From NCBI GenBank assembly GCA_964016885.1, contig OZ024757.1:14384001-14448000 (forward strand): a stretch of 64,000 nt of DNA, written 5' to 3'. Source of the stretch: Eledone cirrhosa. Taxonomy: Eukaryota. Positions 44,487 to 57,213 of the stretch are shown one piece after another. Position 1 is the stretch's first letter. The number at the start of each line of letters is the position of its first letter. The position numbers and the translations under genes were made by a program. The notes under the pieces were generated by a model. That model had not been told where the DNA came from and searched no databases. It was given only the letters and a program-made list of their open reading frames with translations.

Positions 44487-44607
44487 CGGACATTGTTACA
44501 TCGGATCATCACATTATTAGATATACATCATATCACACTGCACCAGATATCACACGAGGCATTCATTGCATTACACCAGATGCCACATGTGGCACGGTGT
44601 TACACCT

Positions 44608-44995
44608 GATATCCCATGCGGCACTACATCATCGCACTTGATATCCCATGTGGCACTACATCATCGCACTTGATATCCCATGTGGCACTACATCATCGCA
44701 CTTGATATCCCATGTGGCACTACATCATCGCACTTGGTATCCCATGTGGCACTACACCATCGCACTTGATATCCCATGCGGCACTACATCATCGCACTTG
44801 ATATCCCATGTGGCACTACATCATCGCACTTGATATCCCATGTGGCACTACATCATCACACTTGATATCACATGTGGCACTACATCATCGCACTTGATAT
44901 CCCATGTGGCACTACATCATCACACTTGATATCCCATGTGGCACTACATCATCACACTTGATATCCCATGTGGCACTACATCATCGCACTTGACA
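44608..44995. repeat. 32-bp minisatellite
   Basis: Unit gatatcccatgtggcactacatcatcgcactt. Confidence 0.9.
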
Positions 44996-45074
44996 TCACA
45001 CGAGATACTAAATACATCTCACAAAATACTATATCTAAACATCACACAAGACACCATGACACATATGCACATAC

Positions 45075-45700
45075 AGCCCACAACACACACACACAAAGCT
45101 ACCACACACACACAGCTGCCACCACACATACACAAAGCTACCACACACACAAAAAGCTACCACACACACACAGCCACCACCACACACACACACAGCCACC
45201 ACCACACACACAGCTGCCACCACACACACACAAAGCTACCACACACACACACAGCCACTACCACACACACACAAAGCTACCATACACACACACACACACA
45301 CACAGCCACCACCACAGACACACACACACAACCACCACCACACATGCACAAAGATACCACACACACACACAGCCACCACCACACACACACAAAGCTACCA
45401 CACACACACACAGCCACCACCACACACACAGACAACCACCACCACACACACAGCCACCACCTCACACACACACACACACAGAACCACCACCACACACACA
45501 CACAGCCACCACCACACACGCACAAAGATACCACACACACACACAGCCACCACCACACACGCACAAAGATACCACACACACACAGCCACCACCACACACA
45601 CACAGCCACCACACACACACACAGCCACCACCACACACACACAGAACCACCACACACACACACAACCACCACCACCTCACACACACACACACAAAGCCAC
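45075..45700. repeat. CA/CCA-rich compound microsatellite
   Basis: cacacagccaccaccacacac units. Confidence 0.85.
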
Positions 45701-45752
45701 CCCCTAGCCAGACTGACAAAAAGACATTGGTCCCATGACCCTCTCAACTCAC

Positions 45753-45855
45753 CTCAGAAGTGAATCCTATGATATCAAAACATTGTTTTATGGTCTGGAA
45801 CTTTTGGGAATTGAAAGCCATGGTGCTAGGGGTTGGTTGATATTGGCTGATATAT
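45753..45855 (-). CDS. MYO3: Myosin III exon: YISQYQPTPSTMAFNSQKFQTIKQCFDIIGFTSE
   Basis: Phase-compatible; ttccag/gtgagt; CF.IIGF motif. Confidence 0.92.
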
Positions 45856-45947
45856 CTGGAAGTACACAAGAATAATTTGAGAATTTGATTAGTCCTATGT
45901 CAGTAAAATCTGTGCAGTGATAATTTCCTAGAGTTGAAACTGGTTTT

Positions 45948-46330
45948 AAGAAATTAGACAGGTTTTAGAAATCAGACTGGTCTTCAGGAAACCAGACTTT
46001 AGAAATTAGACAGGTCTTTAGAAATTAGATAGGTCTTTAGAAATTAGACAGGTCTTTAGAAATTAGATAGGTCTTTAGAAATTAGACTGGTCTTTAGAAA
46101 TTAGATAGGTCTTTAGAAATTAGACAGGTCTTTAGAAATTAGACAGGTCTTTAGAAATTAGACTGGTCTTTAGAAATTAGACAGGTCTTTAGAAATTAGA
46201 TAGGTCTTTAGAAATTAGACTGGTCTTTAGAAATCAGTCTGGTCTTTAGGAATTAGACAGGTCTTTAGAAATTAGACTGGTCTTTAGGAAATCAGACAGG
46301 TCTTTAGGAAACCATACTGGTCTTTAGGAA
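45948..46330. repeat. 19-bp minisatellite
   Basis: Unit agaaattagacaggtcttt. Confidence 0.9.
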
Positions 46331-46610
46331 AGTCTGATGAGTTTTTGATTCCAGAGTCAGGCCTGATCAATAGAGATCAATCATGACACACACATCACAC
46401 CTGAATAAACTTAATGAAAATTTGACACCTCGTCCATACTTATTATTATTATATATATATATAATAAGGAGACAAAGCAAGATGAATAACTTTGCCCATT
46501 CACTAAATGGACAACTAAGTTCAAAGTATTAAAATTCGAAATTGGGCAGAGTGCAAACTTTCGTTAATCAATGAGGAAGATGATTTTGTGTGGGTAAGAT
46601 GATATGGTAC

Positions 46611-46656
<46 letters not shown>

Positions 46657-46662
46657 CGTTTA

Positions 46663-46699
<37 letters not shown>

Positions 46700-46983
46700 T
46701 TTAATAAATATTTGCTCTATGGTTCTTATATATTTGATATATATTTATCCTTATCGAGCCCTCTTTGGATTTTAGTCTTCAAATTTATTATTATTACTAT
46801 ATATATATATATACCATCTTGAAAAGGATAAACACATTATACAATGTAGTCTCTGCTAAACAAACAAACAAAAAACAACAACAAAAAAAAAACCAAGATG
46901 GCCATGGTTTTTCTCAATCATGGGGGTTACACAAAAACAACAACAACAACAATATCAATGAAGAAGAAAAGATAAATCCATAC

Positions 46984-47079
46984 CTAAATGATTGAGAACT
47001 CTTAAGGAAATATCTATCATCGGGGAGATTACCAAGTCCAGCCAAGATGTAGTAAAATATATGAAAACTCTGCTCTCCA
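46984..47079 (-). CDS. MYO3: Myosin III exon: GEQSFHIFYYILAGL...
   Basis: GE..FHIFY motif; ttccag/gtatgg. Confidence 0.95.
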
Positions 47080-47302
47080 CTGGAACAAGAAACAGAAAAG
47101 AAGAAAGAAAAATGAGATGTGATAGAAACTTTATGTAATTTGTGAATTTGCTGTTTCAACAGTTATCTTGTTTAAACATTCATTCTGGATATACTTAAAC
47201 AAAACCTTATCTTCCCTCATATATATATGGGCATCAAACGGCATACCACCTAGTGCTAAAACGGCATACCACCTACGGACACATTCATTGCAGCCATACA
47301 GC

Positions 47303-47355
<53 letters not shown>

Positions 47356-47748
47356 CTTACGGTAAACATTGATGCAATTCAAATCAGGCACTCGAAGCAT
47401 TTTTCCCACATAGGAAAAACGGAGTATATTTAGAATGAGAAAATGCAAACTAGTTTCAGATGTTAAAGTCCTTTATTGGTAATGACTTTAACATCTGATA
47501 CTACTTCGCATTTTCTCATTCTTTCATTCTCTCTCTCTATATATATATATTTTTTATTTTGTATAGAAGGAGCTTCTACAGGACTAGTACTGTTTCATTC
47601 AGATGAAATGCTTCCTGAAGATTTCATCTGAATGAAACAGTACTAGTCCTGTAGAAGCTCCTTCTATACAAAATAAAAAATTTTTACTCTGCCATGTATT
47701 GAGTACCATACTTACTGTGGTTATCCCCGACACAACCCGGGACCTTCG

Positions 47749-47779
<31 letters not shown>

Positions 47780-48006
47780 TTAAAAAAAGGAAAAGAATTA
47801 CTTCACTTATAGTCAAATTGGACCGAGGAAACAATGTTTCCATTGGTCTTTCCAATTGCTAATACTATCTATCGGTCGCAACTCCAGGTAGATGGAGCAA
47901 CGTGAAATAAAGTGTCTTGCTCAAGGACATAACGCATCGCCTGGTGCAGGAATCGAACTCACAACCTCATGATTGTGAATCCAATTCTCTAACCACTCAG
48001 CCATAT

Positions 48007-48038
<32 letters not shown>

Positions 48039-48199
48039 CTGATTTGCTAAGCTGTCTGAACGTATTGTTATTACTCTGGGGTTCTTTTCCCCATCCGAGG
48101 GCTAAAGCTACAGACTGATTCTGCATTCGTTAGCTTGGCCGTGTTCTAAAGCTTCATTAATGCTGTACTAAAATTTATATATATATATATATATATACA

Positions 48200-48805
48200 T
48201 ACAGTTCAAGAGTAACCAATCTTAAAGAGAGAGATTTTGATAGGAGAGAAGATAGGAGAGGAGAGGAGAGATTGGTGAATTAGTTAGAAGCCAAAGCGTA
48301 AAGGCATGTGCTCAATGTGCAATATGCAGTGGAAGGCAGCTAGGTGGCTGGGTTCATGCAGAGGTTAGGTGCACAAAGCTGGAAATATTCATTAGTTAAG
48401 CAAAACAAGACCACAAATTGCACAAAGAAGACATTATTAAAAGATTGCCAACATATTTTTAGTTTGAGGGTTCTTGCAGGTGGTAAATCCATATCTGTTT
48501 GCTGTACTTCCGACGTCAGCAACACCCGCATGGTCGAAGTGGAAGGCCTGCCATCGTATTCTTCGGATGAAAGAGTTGACACTCTGAATTAGGAGTTTGT
48601 GGCACGTCTTCCTGTCCGGGATAGGAATGGACTTAAGTGATATCCTGAGTTCACTTCGGCCGTGCGGGTACTGTTGACGCCAGAAGTACAGCAAACAGAT
48701 ATGGATTTACCACCTGCAAGAACCCTCAAACTAAAACTATGTTGACAATCTTTTAATACTGTCTTCCTTGTGAAATTTGTGGTCTTGTTTTGCTTAACTA
48801 ATGAA

Positions 48806-48806
<1 letters not shown>
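48200..48806 (-). mobile_element. Penelope-like element fragment (ORF N-terminus) with inverted terminal segment; related copy at about 37275-37630
   Basis: SLKSIPIP..LLIQSVNSFIRRIRWQAFHF..YGF resembles the N-termini of invertebrate PLE ORFs (from recall); 48385-48520 is inverted at 48680-48805. Confidence 0.6.
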
Positions 48807-48835
<29 letters not shown>

Positions 48836-48841
<6 letters not shown>

Positions 48842-49134
48842 GGATAGAATGTAGTGTATGGGAGAGGAGACTGAGGTGGTATGGACATGTGATGCGCATG
48901 GAGGATGACCGATGGGTGAAGAAGTGCCAGGAATTGCCAGTTGAAGGAAGACGTGGTAGAGGTAGACCACGAAAAACATGGGCGGAGGTGGTGAGAACAG
49001 ACCTCAGATCATTGAAGCTCACGGTAGAGATGACGAGGGACCGTAGCGAGTGGAGAGATGCTGAATAAGACCCGTCCCACCCTTGCAAGCAGGGAAAAGC
49101 GGACGTAAAATGATGATGATGATGATGATGATGA
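48836..49134 (+). mobile_element. 3' fragment of a second RTE subfamily
   Basis: RRLRWYGHVMRM..RGRGRPRKTW; short UTR and (GAT)n. Confidence 0.88.
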
Positions 49135-49680
49135 TATATATACAATAGTACAGCATATTCGAAGTTCGATCAGCAGCTAAGCCAACGAATGCCTTCAGCA
49201 GTGCAGCCAAGCACTCGACGAGGAATAGACCTCAGAGTAATAACATACAGTTTAAAGGGCTTTGCAAATTGAAAATAGCGACCACTAATTCAGCCGCGTG
49301 ATCTGTAGCAACGAAAGAACTGACTAGTGAGAAAAGGAAACACACACACACACACATACACATACATATAAGAATATACATACATACATATATGCACATA
49401 TCTGTATATATATATATATATATATATCAAGTATTTCCGTAGGAAGGGTAAAGAAAGGGAGAGTGCTCTATGTATGCTACAGAGCTATTTAATTATGTAA
49501 TAAACAACATAAGACAATTATTCCATTTATCAAAGGTTTCTCGAAGACAGACGAGCTCAACAGAGACGTCTGTCTTCGTGAAACCTTTGGTAAATGGAAT
49601 AATTGTCTTATGTTGTTTATTACATAAATATATATATATATATATATATACACACTCACACACAACAATTAATTACTTAC

Positions 49681-49732
49681 GGCGCTTGCTGTATGATTCT
49701 GGACTTCTCTAAGAGATATTCAGTAATCCTAG
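49681..49732 (-). CDS. MYO3: Myosin III exon: RITEYLLEKSRIIQQA
   Basis: YLLEKSR motif; ttacag/gtaagt. Confidence 0.95.
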
Positions 49733-49850
49733 CTGTAATAAAAATAAAGACATGATTAGTTTTGATTTAAACCCTTGATGTTTTTATACATGATGATGAT
49801 GACAATGACAACAATGATGATTGCTGGACATTAGCAGACATGTTACTTAC

Positions 49851-50001
49851 CGCCATTAACGCTGCCGATACTGTTGAAGATCATATCAAGATATTTGCCG
49901 AAACGACTGGAATTATCATTAATAACAGTCTGTGAGTTTCCAAAAGCCTCCATCAATGGATTCGCTTGAAGAAGTCTTTGCTGTAAAGACTTGTCAGGAG
50001 C
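49851..50001 (-). CDS. MYO3: Myosin III exon, switch I: ...[28 protein letters not shown]...
   Basis: NDNSSRFGK; ctccag/gtaagt. Confidence 0.96.
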
Positions 50002-50035
50002 CTGGAGTGAAGAGAAGAGGGGGAAATAATGATGA

Positions 50036-50322
50036 GGATTATTGGAATATTGGAATACTGGATTATTGGGATATTGGATTATTGGAATACTAGATTACTA
50101 GAATACTGGAATATTGGATTATTAGATTATTGGAATACTGAAATATTGGAATATTGGATTATTGGATCATTGGAATATTGGATTATTGGATCATTGGAAT
50201 ATTGGATCATTGGAATATTGGAATATTGGATTATTGGAATACTGGAATATTGGAATACTCGAATACACGATTATTGGAGTATTGGAATACTCGATTATTG
50301 GAATATTGGATTATTGGAATAT
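50036..50322. repeat. 8/9-bp satellite (ggattatt/ggaatatt)
   Basis: Direct inspection. Confidence 0.85.
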
Positions 50323-50602
50323 TTAATGGTTGAAGTGAAGAAGAAAGAACAACGGTGACATGGAATACTGGAATATTGAAGTGGGGGAGGAGCTGAAGTT
50401 GAGAAGAAAGAATAACAATGATATGGAGAGAGGTGGAGGAGTTGTGGGAGGGAGATGTAGGGGAAGAGGTGAATCGGGGGGTAGGGAAGATGTGGAATAA
50501 TAGATGGAGCTGGGGATGATCGTGATGTGGAGAGAGGTGGAGAAGTTATCTACAACAACAACAATAACAATATGGGGGGAGAAATGAAAGAAATGAACTG
50601 AC

Positions 50603-50686
50603 CTGTCCAAGGTTAGTGAGCTGCTGTAACAGATAGTTAGCACTCTCAGTCTTACCAGCGCCAGATTCTCCACTGATAACAATACA
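50603..50686 (-). CDS. MYO3: Myosin III exon, P-loop: [28 protein letters not shown]
   Basis: GESGAGKT; ttccag/gtcagt. Confidence 0.96.
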
Positions 50687-51135
50687 CTGGAATATAAAGA
50701 TATATATACATAGGTGAGTCCTGGATTCAATCGGGGGTAACCACAGTTAGTAAAGTACTCAATACATTAGTAGAGTATAAACATTATGTTTAATATAGAA
50801 ATGGCTTCTACAGGACTAGAACTGTTTCATTCAAAAGAAATCATCAGGGCTTCACTGATGATTTCTTTTGAATGAAACAGTTTTAGCCATGTAGAAGCCA
50901 TTTCTATATTTATTAAAAATGATGCATATACATATGTGTGTGTGTGTGTGTGTGTGTGTGTTCATGTATACTTATATATATATATAATACCAACCCTACT
51001 ACCATCTACAAACTGACCAATGAGAATCAAGACTATTCCTGCTGACAGCATTAAATTATTCCTAACAAGCTCATATGTCCCAAGGCTCTGATACCATCAA
51101 CACTATAAACACAGAGCTGGCATATCTAAGAACTG

Positions 51136-51193
51136 ACTGCCTGATGAGGTCATAGCCATTCAATGGCTATCATCGAAATATATATATAGCAGT
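51136..51193 (+). ncRNA. Type I hammerhead ribozyme motif
   Basis: ACTGC CTGATGA [GGT.ATAGCCAT tca ATGGCTAT.ATC] GAAA TATATATA TA GCAGT, followed by AATAAA. Confidence 0.8.
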
Positions 51194-51335
51194 AAATAAA
51201 GGATTATGAGTTCATGCAATTGACTTATGTTTCGTCACTATATATATATAAGTTTACCCCAGGTTCAATCGGGGATAACCACAGTAAGTAAGGTACTCAA
51301 TACATAGCAGAGTATAAGTATTTAATATAGAAATG

Positions 51336-51384
51336 GCTTCTACAGGACTAGAACTGTTTCATTCGGAAGAATTCATCAGGAAGC
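51336..51384 (-). ncRNA. Type I hammerhead motif; family copies at 47610-47658(+) and about 50805-50898 (both strands)
   Basis: GCTTC CTGATGA ATTC ttcc GAAT GAAA CAG ttctagtc CTG TA GAAGC. Confidence 0.75.
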
Positions 51385-51566
51385 CCTGATTTCTCCCAAA
51401 TGAAACAGTTCAAGTCCTGTAGAAGCCATTTCTATATCAAATATATATATATATATGTCTGTATGTGTATGTGTGTGGTTGTGTATTGGGTTTAGATCTA
51501 GTACAGAGTACTGAATATATAGTAGAGTACTAGATATAAAAAACAAGAGAGTACTAAATTGCTCAC

Positions 51567-51671
51567 CTGATTGATTTGAAGATGTAACATACTATGGAAA
51601 GCTTGGTCAGCCAGACCAAAGATGTGAGGGGGTAGGGATCCTTTGGATGCATTGGTATACTGTTGAAGATG
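51567..51671 (-). CDS. MYO3: Myosin III exon: HLQQYTNASKGSLPPHIFGLADQAFHSMLHLQINQ
   Basis: PPHIF motif; ttcag/gtgagc; 105 nt. Confidence 0.95.
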
Positions 51672-52664
51672 CTGAAAAAGAGAATTAATAATACATAAGG
51701 TGGTAATGCTAGTGCCATAACAAAATAATCCCAGTACACTCTGTAAAGTGATACTACTGATGTCATAAGATGTACTCAGTATACTCTATAAAGTGGTAGT
51801 GTTGGTGCCTTGATGAAATACACCCAGTCCACTCTGTAATATGGTAGTGTTGGTGCCATGATAAAAACACACATCCAGTCCATTCGGTAAAGTGGTAATA
51901 CTAGTGCCATAAAATACACTCAGTCCTCCCTGTAAGGTGGTTGGTTGTGTTGGTGTCATGATCAATTGTTCCCAGTAAATGCTGTAAAGTGTTTGGTATT
52001 AAATAGAACATCGAGCCATAGAAACCAGGCCAACAATGGAGGGTATGTGCAAGATGTGGTTATCTGGCCAATTTAGCCTCAGAAAGTGATATTTCGTCAA
52101 ATGCAAATCTCTTCGACCTCTCTCTATAGACGTTAAACGGTGATGATGATGATATATAGATAGCTGTATGAATCTGTAACTCCTGATGAAGTTGTAGGGA
52201 ACCATAGTGACATACAGTATGGCTCGAGCATTTACAAAACCTAGCAGAGTCTATCATCTCGCCAGGTATGAACACAGCCAATTTCTTCCATAGAAGGAGA
52301 CAGTGAATGTGATAGAGAGGAAATGAGAAAGAGATATAGAGGAGGAATCGACACCCCAGCATTTGACTGGTACAATTAGAGTGTTGGGCTCACATTCATA
52401 ACACACTTTATTTTACATTACTACAGTCCATTCAGCAAGTAAGAATGAATTGTCTTTGTAATTCAAAGGGGCCAACCTTGTCACAAATTGTGTCATGGTG
52501 AATCTTGCTGAAAACTATTTCAAATGCGCATGTGTCTGTGGAATTCTCATCCACTTACACATTAATTTCATTTGAATCAACTGGCGCCCTTGTCATCAGA
52601 ACTGACTGAGATCTGACAACATATCAAATTTTCAAAGCAAAATCAAAATGTTTGAAGCACTTAC

Positions 52665-52781
52665 CTTTTCTGAGTAAATATTCAAGGGTTTAAAAGGGTT
52701 AACGGCCAACAATATGTCCCCTATATATGTGTAGATTATACCATGTATGTATCTCTCCTCTAATTTACGGGTTATCACATC
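52665..52781 (-). CDS. MYO3: Myosin III exon: DVITRKLEERYIHGIIYTYIGDILLAVNPFKPLNIYSEK
   Basis: IYTYIGDIL.AVNPF myosin motif; ttccag/gtaagt. Confidence 0.95.
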
Positions 52782-52839
52782 CTGGAATTAAATAAATAAC
52801 AAGACATGCATAAGCTCAGTTGGTCTCATTTAGTATTTA

Positions 52840-53536
52840 AAAAACCATAGGAGGTTTTTTTATGAGAAATATAATAATGAAAGAATTAAGTTATGTTCCA
52901 AATACCAACTTAATTATTGAGAAAGTTAGTTATGTTATTAAACCCTTCCAAATTCTTGATTAATTTCCAACTTATCTGAAAACCATTGGCAGTATTTTTA
53001 TGAGAAATATAGTAATGAAAGAGTTATGTTCTAAATACCAACTTAATCAAAGGAAAGTTAGTTATATTACTAAATCCTTCCAAATTCTTGATTATTTCCA
53101 AAATTAGTTGAAAACCATAGGTAATGTCTTTCAATGGAAATCAGGTAACAGAAGAGTTAAGTTATGTTCCAAACACCAACTTACTAATTATTGAGAAAGT
53201 TAGTTATGTTACTTAACTCTTCTTGATTAATTTCAAAGTTATTTGAAAACTATCAGCAGTATTTTTTATGAGAAATATATTAATGAAGGACTTATGCTCT
53301 AAACACCACCGTAATCAAGGGAAATCCTTTCAAATTCTTAATTATTTGCAAAATTATTTGCAAACCATACGCAGTGTCTTTCATTAGAAATATGGTAATG
53401 AAAGAGTTAAGCTATGTTCCAAACATTAACTTAATAATGAGAAAATTAGTTATATTACTAAATCTTTCCAAATTCATGATTATTTGAAAATCATAGGCCA
53501 TGTCTTTCATGATAAATATGGTGATGAAAGGTTTAA
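52840..53536. repeat. Degenerate tandem repeats of a TTAA-ended MITE-like family; relatives at about 2420-2580 and 63874-64000
   Basis: Recurrent gttatgttccaaataccaact and ccttccaaattcttgat blocks; ends in aaaggtttaa. Confidence 0.6.
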
Positions 53537-53559
53537 TGTTTGGTAATAAGAATACTCAC

Positions 53560-53715
53560 CGCATCTAAGTGTTCCAAAGTAGCCAAGTCATCAGGAATAT
53601 TGACTGGCCTCTTGCTGGCTCTCTTGGACTTTAACTGACCATGCTTGGTGGTGACATCAGGGGTGTGAATCACGGGATTCATTTGGTGTACCATGTTTGT
53701 TAATTTTTGTTTTAA
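53560..53715 (-). CDS. MYO3: Myosin III exon, kinase-motor linker: LKQKLTN...IPDDLATLEHLDA
   Basis: 156 nt, phase 0/0, cag/gtgagt; DDLATLE marks the start of the motor domain. Confidence 0.9.
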
Positions 53716-53830
53716 CTGTGGAAGAAAAGATACAATTATATATATATATAATATAGAACATATACTGCTATATATACAACCTAATTCCTGTATGATGATG
53801 CACCCTATCAATCCATATATATATATATAT

Positions 53831-53875
<45 letters not shown>

Positions 53876-54598
53876 ACATGGCTTAGTGGTTAGAGCATTG
53901 GCCTTGCAATCGAAAGGTTGTGAGTTCAATTCTCAGACCGAGTGATGTGTTGTTTCCTTGAGCAAGACACTTTATTTCACATTGCTCCAGTTTACTCAGC
54001 TGTAGAAATGAGATGATAGGGACTGGGGTCCCTATCATTCCACTGCAAAAAATCACCCAGCACTCACTGTAAATGAGGTTGGTGTTAGGAAGGGCATCCA
54101 GCTGTAGAAATCAAGCCAGAACCAGTTCCCGTCCCACCCTTGCAAGCAGGGAAAAAGCGGACGTAAAATGAATGAAATGATATATATTTAAAAGAATAGA
54201 GGTGTAACACACGAGTTATGATATATTGGTAAAAGGAAAAGAAAATGCTGACAAATTGTTCCCAGTGAAAAATAGTTTAATTAGGAATAAGTAAAAATTA
54301 GTAATAGTATTGGTTAGTATTCAGTTTTGGTTTTAAGTTTTTACCGGTTGCACATTTCTAATGCTTTTCAAAAATAATTTTGAGATAGAGCGCCCATGAT
54401 GTTTGCTCTAATCAGATTAGAGCAAACATCACGGGCGCTCTATCTCAAAATTATTTTTGAAAAGCATTAGAAATGTGCAACCGGTAAAAACTTAAAACCA
54501 AAACTGAATACTAACCAATACTATTACTAATTTTTACTTATTCCTAATTAAACTATTTTTCACTGGGAACAATTTGTCAGCATTTTCTTTTCCTTTTA

Positions 54599-54652
<54 letters not shown>

Positions 54653-56187
54653 TTGCAAGGTTTTTGATATGAAATCGTGTGTTGAAACAAATATTGTTAT
54701 ATTTGGGGAGGGTCATATTGTTATCATATTGCCAGAAATAATATTATTTCTGGCAATATTATAACAATATGACCCTCCCCAAATATAACAATATATATAT
54801 ATATCGTGTAGGTGTCACGAGAAAAAAACACAGTCCACGCTGTAATGTGGCCGTGTAGGTAACACGGTAAAAAGTGCCCAGTCCACACTGTAAATGTGGT
54901 TGGTGTTAGGAAGAGCATCCAGCCGTAGAAAATCTGCCAGATAGTCCTATATGAGCGAGACACGGTCACCTGACCAACCTTGCCTCAACTGGGACAACTC
55001 CCGTCTAACCCATGCTAGCGTGGAAAATGGACGTTAAACGAAGATGATGATGATGATGATATATATATAGATATAGATATGTGTATATTAAAGACACCAT
55101 GCACAGATGTAAATATTATTAAATTCCAAGGAGGAGATTTATCACAGAGCTATCACAAAGATATTGGAAATTGAGGGTTCTGATAAATCCCATCGTAATA
55201 GCAGCTCTAGATTTTGCACACCTGTTCATTGGCGAAAAACGCGAAAACGTGTCAATTATGTAATAAATGTTAGTCCTTTAACTGTGTGTATATATATATA
55301 TACACACACACACATATCTCAGCTGGATGGCTAGAACAGGTAAAAGAGTAAAAGAGTATACCATATACACAAACACACATTCTCACACAAAATTCTCTAC
55401 TATTTGTGAATGATATTTTTGTTAACAATATCTAAAGTGTTGTCCAAGATACCTCTCCTACAGACAAATGTTTGTCATTTTGACACGTTCATATTACCTA
55501 ATTCCATGTTCTATCTTCATAACAAACACTAATGAAATGAATGGAAGATCTGATGATGATAACAGGAGAGCTAAATCTCCAACACCAACCCAACCCTGCC
55601 ATCACAATACAAATCTATGCAGTTCTTTTTTTATAGTGTTCAAACATTACTTTTTAGACATATTCCAAGCAAATCATTTTCCCACTAGTTTGTTGAAAGA
55701 TGGGTGAGAGAGGCGAGCATGGCCCGAGTGAATGGGCCCGCTCTGAGTATGCACCTGTAGATTGAAGGTGGAAAACTAGGAGAGGGCACTTGCCCTCGTG
55801 GTCAGGGTCACCGTGGCTTTGGTGGGCTTTTTCCACATTATTACTAGTCTCACTGGATCATTTTGATTACCAACTGTAAGGAGTACTTGATACTTCCCCT
55901 AGTCTGTCATTGCTTACTAGCTCTATACGGACGTTTAAGTTGATTAAATAAATAAATAATAAAGTACCAGTCAAATACTAGGGTCGATATAATCAACTTT
56001 TCCTTCTCCCCAAACTGTTAGCCTAGTACCTAAGTTAGAAACTATTACTACTATCATCAAAATCACCATCACTACCACCATTTTATTTATTTGTATTCCA
56101 GCGGAGGGGCTGAGGGCATGCTGGGGCACCACCGTCATATATAACAACTTATAATAAATACCAGAGGTCATTACGTACCAAGCTTAC

Positions 56188-56269
56188 GTCATCAGGAATT
56201 TGATTGAAAAATGGATGGTCAAATAATTCTGTTGTAAATGGTCTCTTTTCGTAATCCTTAATGCAGCAT
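56188..56269 (-). CDS. MYO3: Myosin III exon, kinase subdomain XI: CCIKDYEKRPFTTELFDHPFFNQIPDD
   Basis: ttctcag acceptor, gtaagc donor (second in-frame donor 9 nt further on); KD..KRP....L..HPF motif. Confidence 0.9.
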
Positions 56270-56375
56270 CTGAGAAAAGATAAAGAAAGAAAAAAAGAAT
56301 TGAATTAATAACTTTGGAAACAGACAATTTGATATAAGTGTCACAAATGACTGAACTATCAGAAGAAATATATAA

Positions 56376-56640
56376 CTTCTTCTTCATCCACTTATTCCTG
56401 AGAGGGTCGTGGGGGACAGAGTCCTCAAACACTCCTCATAATGGGTCCTGTCAGAAGCAGCTGTCTCCAATTGATCTAGCTGGATCCCCAAGCATGACCA
56501 GCCAAGTTCATGGATGTTATCCAACCATCTTATTTGGGATCTACCTCTGGGTCTCTTGCCGGTTGGTTTTGCCTGTAAAATCTGTCCAGTGATTCTTTCC
56601 TGAGACATTCTAACCACATTTCCATAGTATCAGAGCTCAA
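56376..56640 (-). mobile_element. RTE-like LINE 3' fragment (family that seeded the 111-bp tandem array)
   Basis: VVRMSQER..KPTGKRPRGR..RW.D. Confidence 0.75.
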
Positions 56641-56970
56641 TTCATAGTGGTTAGAGCATTGGCCTTGCAATCGAAAGGTTGTGAGTTCAATTCTCAGACC
56701 GGGTGATGTGTTGTTTCCTTGAGCAAGACACTTTATTTCACATTGCTCCTGTTTACTCAGCTGTAGAAATGAGATGATAGGGACTGGGGTCCCTATCATT
56801 CCACTGCAAAGTGGACGTGTAGGTGTCACGGCAAAAAATATCCCACCACTCACTGTAAATGAGGTTGGTGTTAGGAAGGGCATCCAGCTGTAGAAATCAA
56901 GCCAGAATCAGTTCCCGTCCCACCCTTGCAAGCAGGGAAAAGAGGACATAAAATGAAATGATGAATGATG

Positions 56971-57001
<31 letters not shown>

Positions 57002-57147
57002 CGTCAAGTATGAAATTTGTAGAAATTTGTAGGAAAAGAAACAAATTTCTACAAATTTCTACAAATTTCATAATTGACGATCCAATATATATATATATAA
57101 CTAATGTAGGAAATAAAGGAACTGAGAGAAGAACTGCAAATACTTAC

Positions 57148-57213
57148 TGAGCAACAAAATCTTGGAATTCTTTGGACCAAATATCAGGATTTTTAAAAGT
57201 TGGTGGAGGACTT
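57148..57213 (-). CDS. MYO3: Myosin III exon, kinase subdomain X: SPPPTFKNPDIWSKEFQDFVAQ
   Basis: ttgcag acceptor, gtaagt donor; STE20-like PPP...WS.EF.DF motif. Confidence 0.9.
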
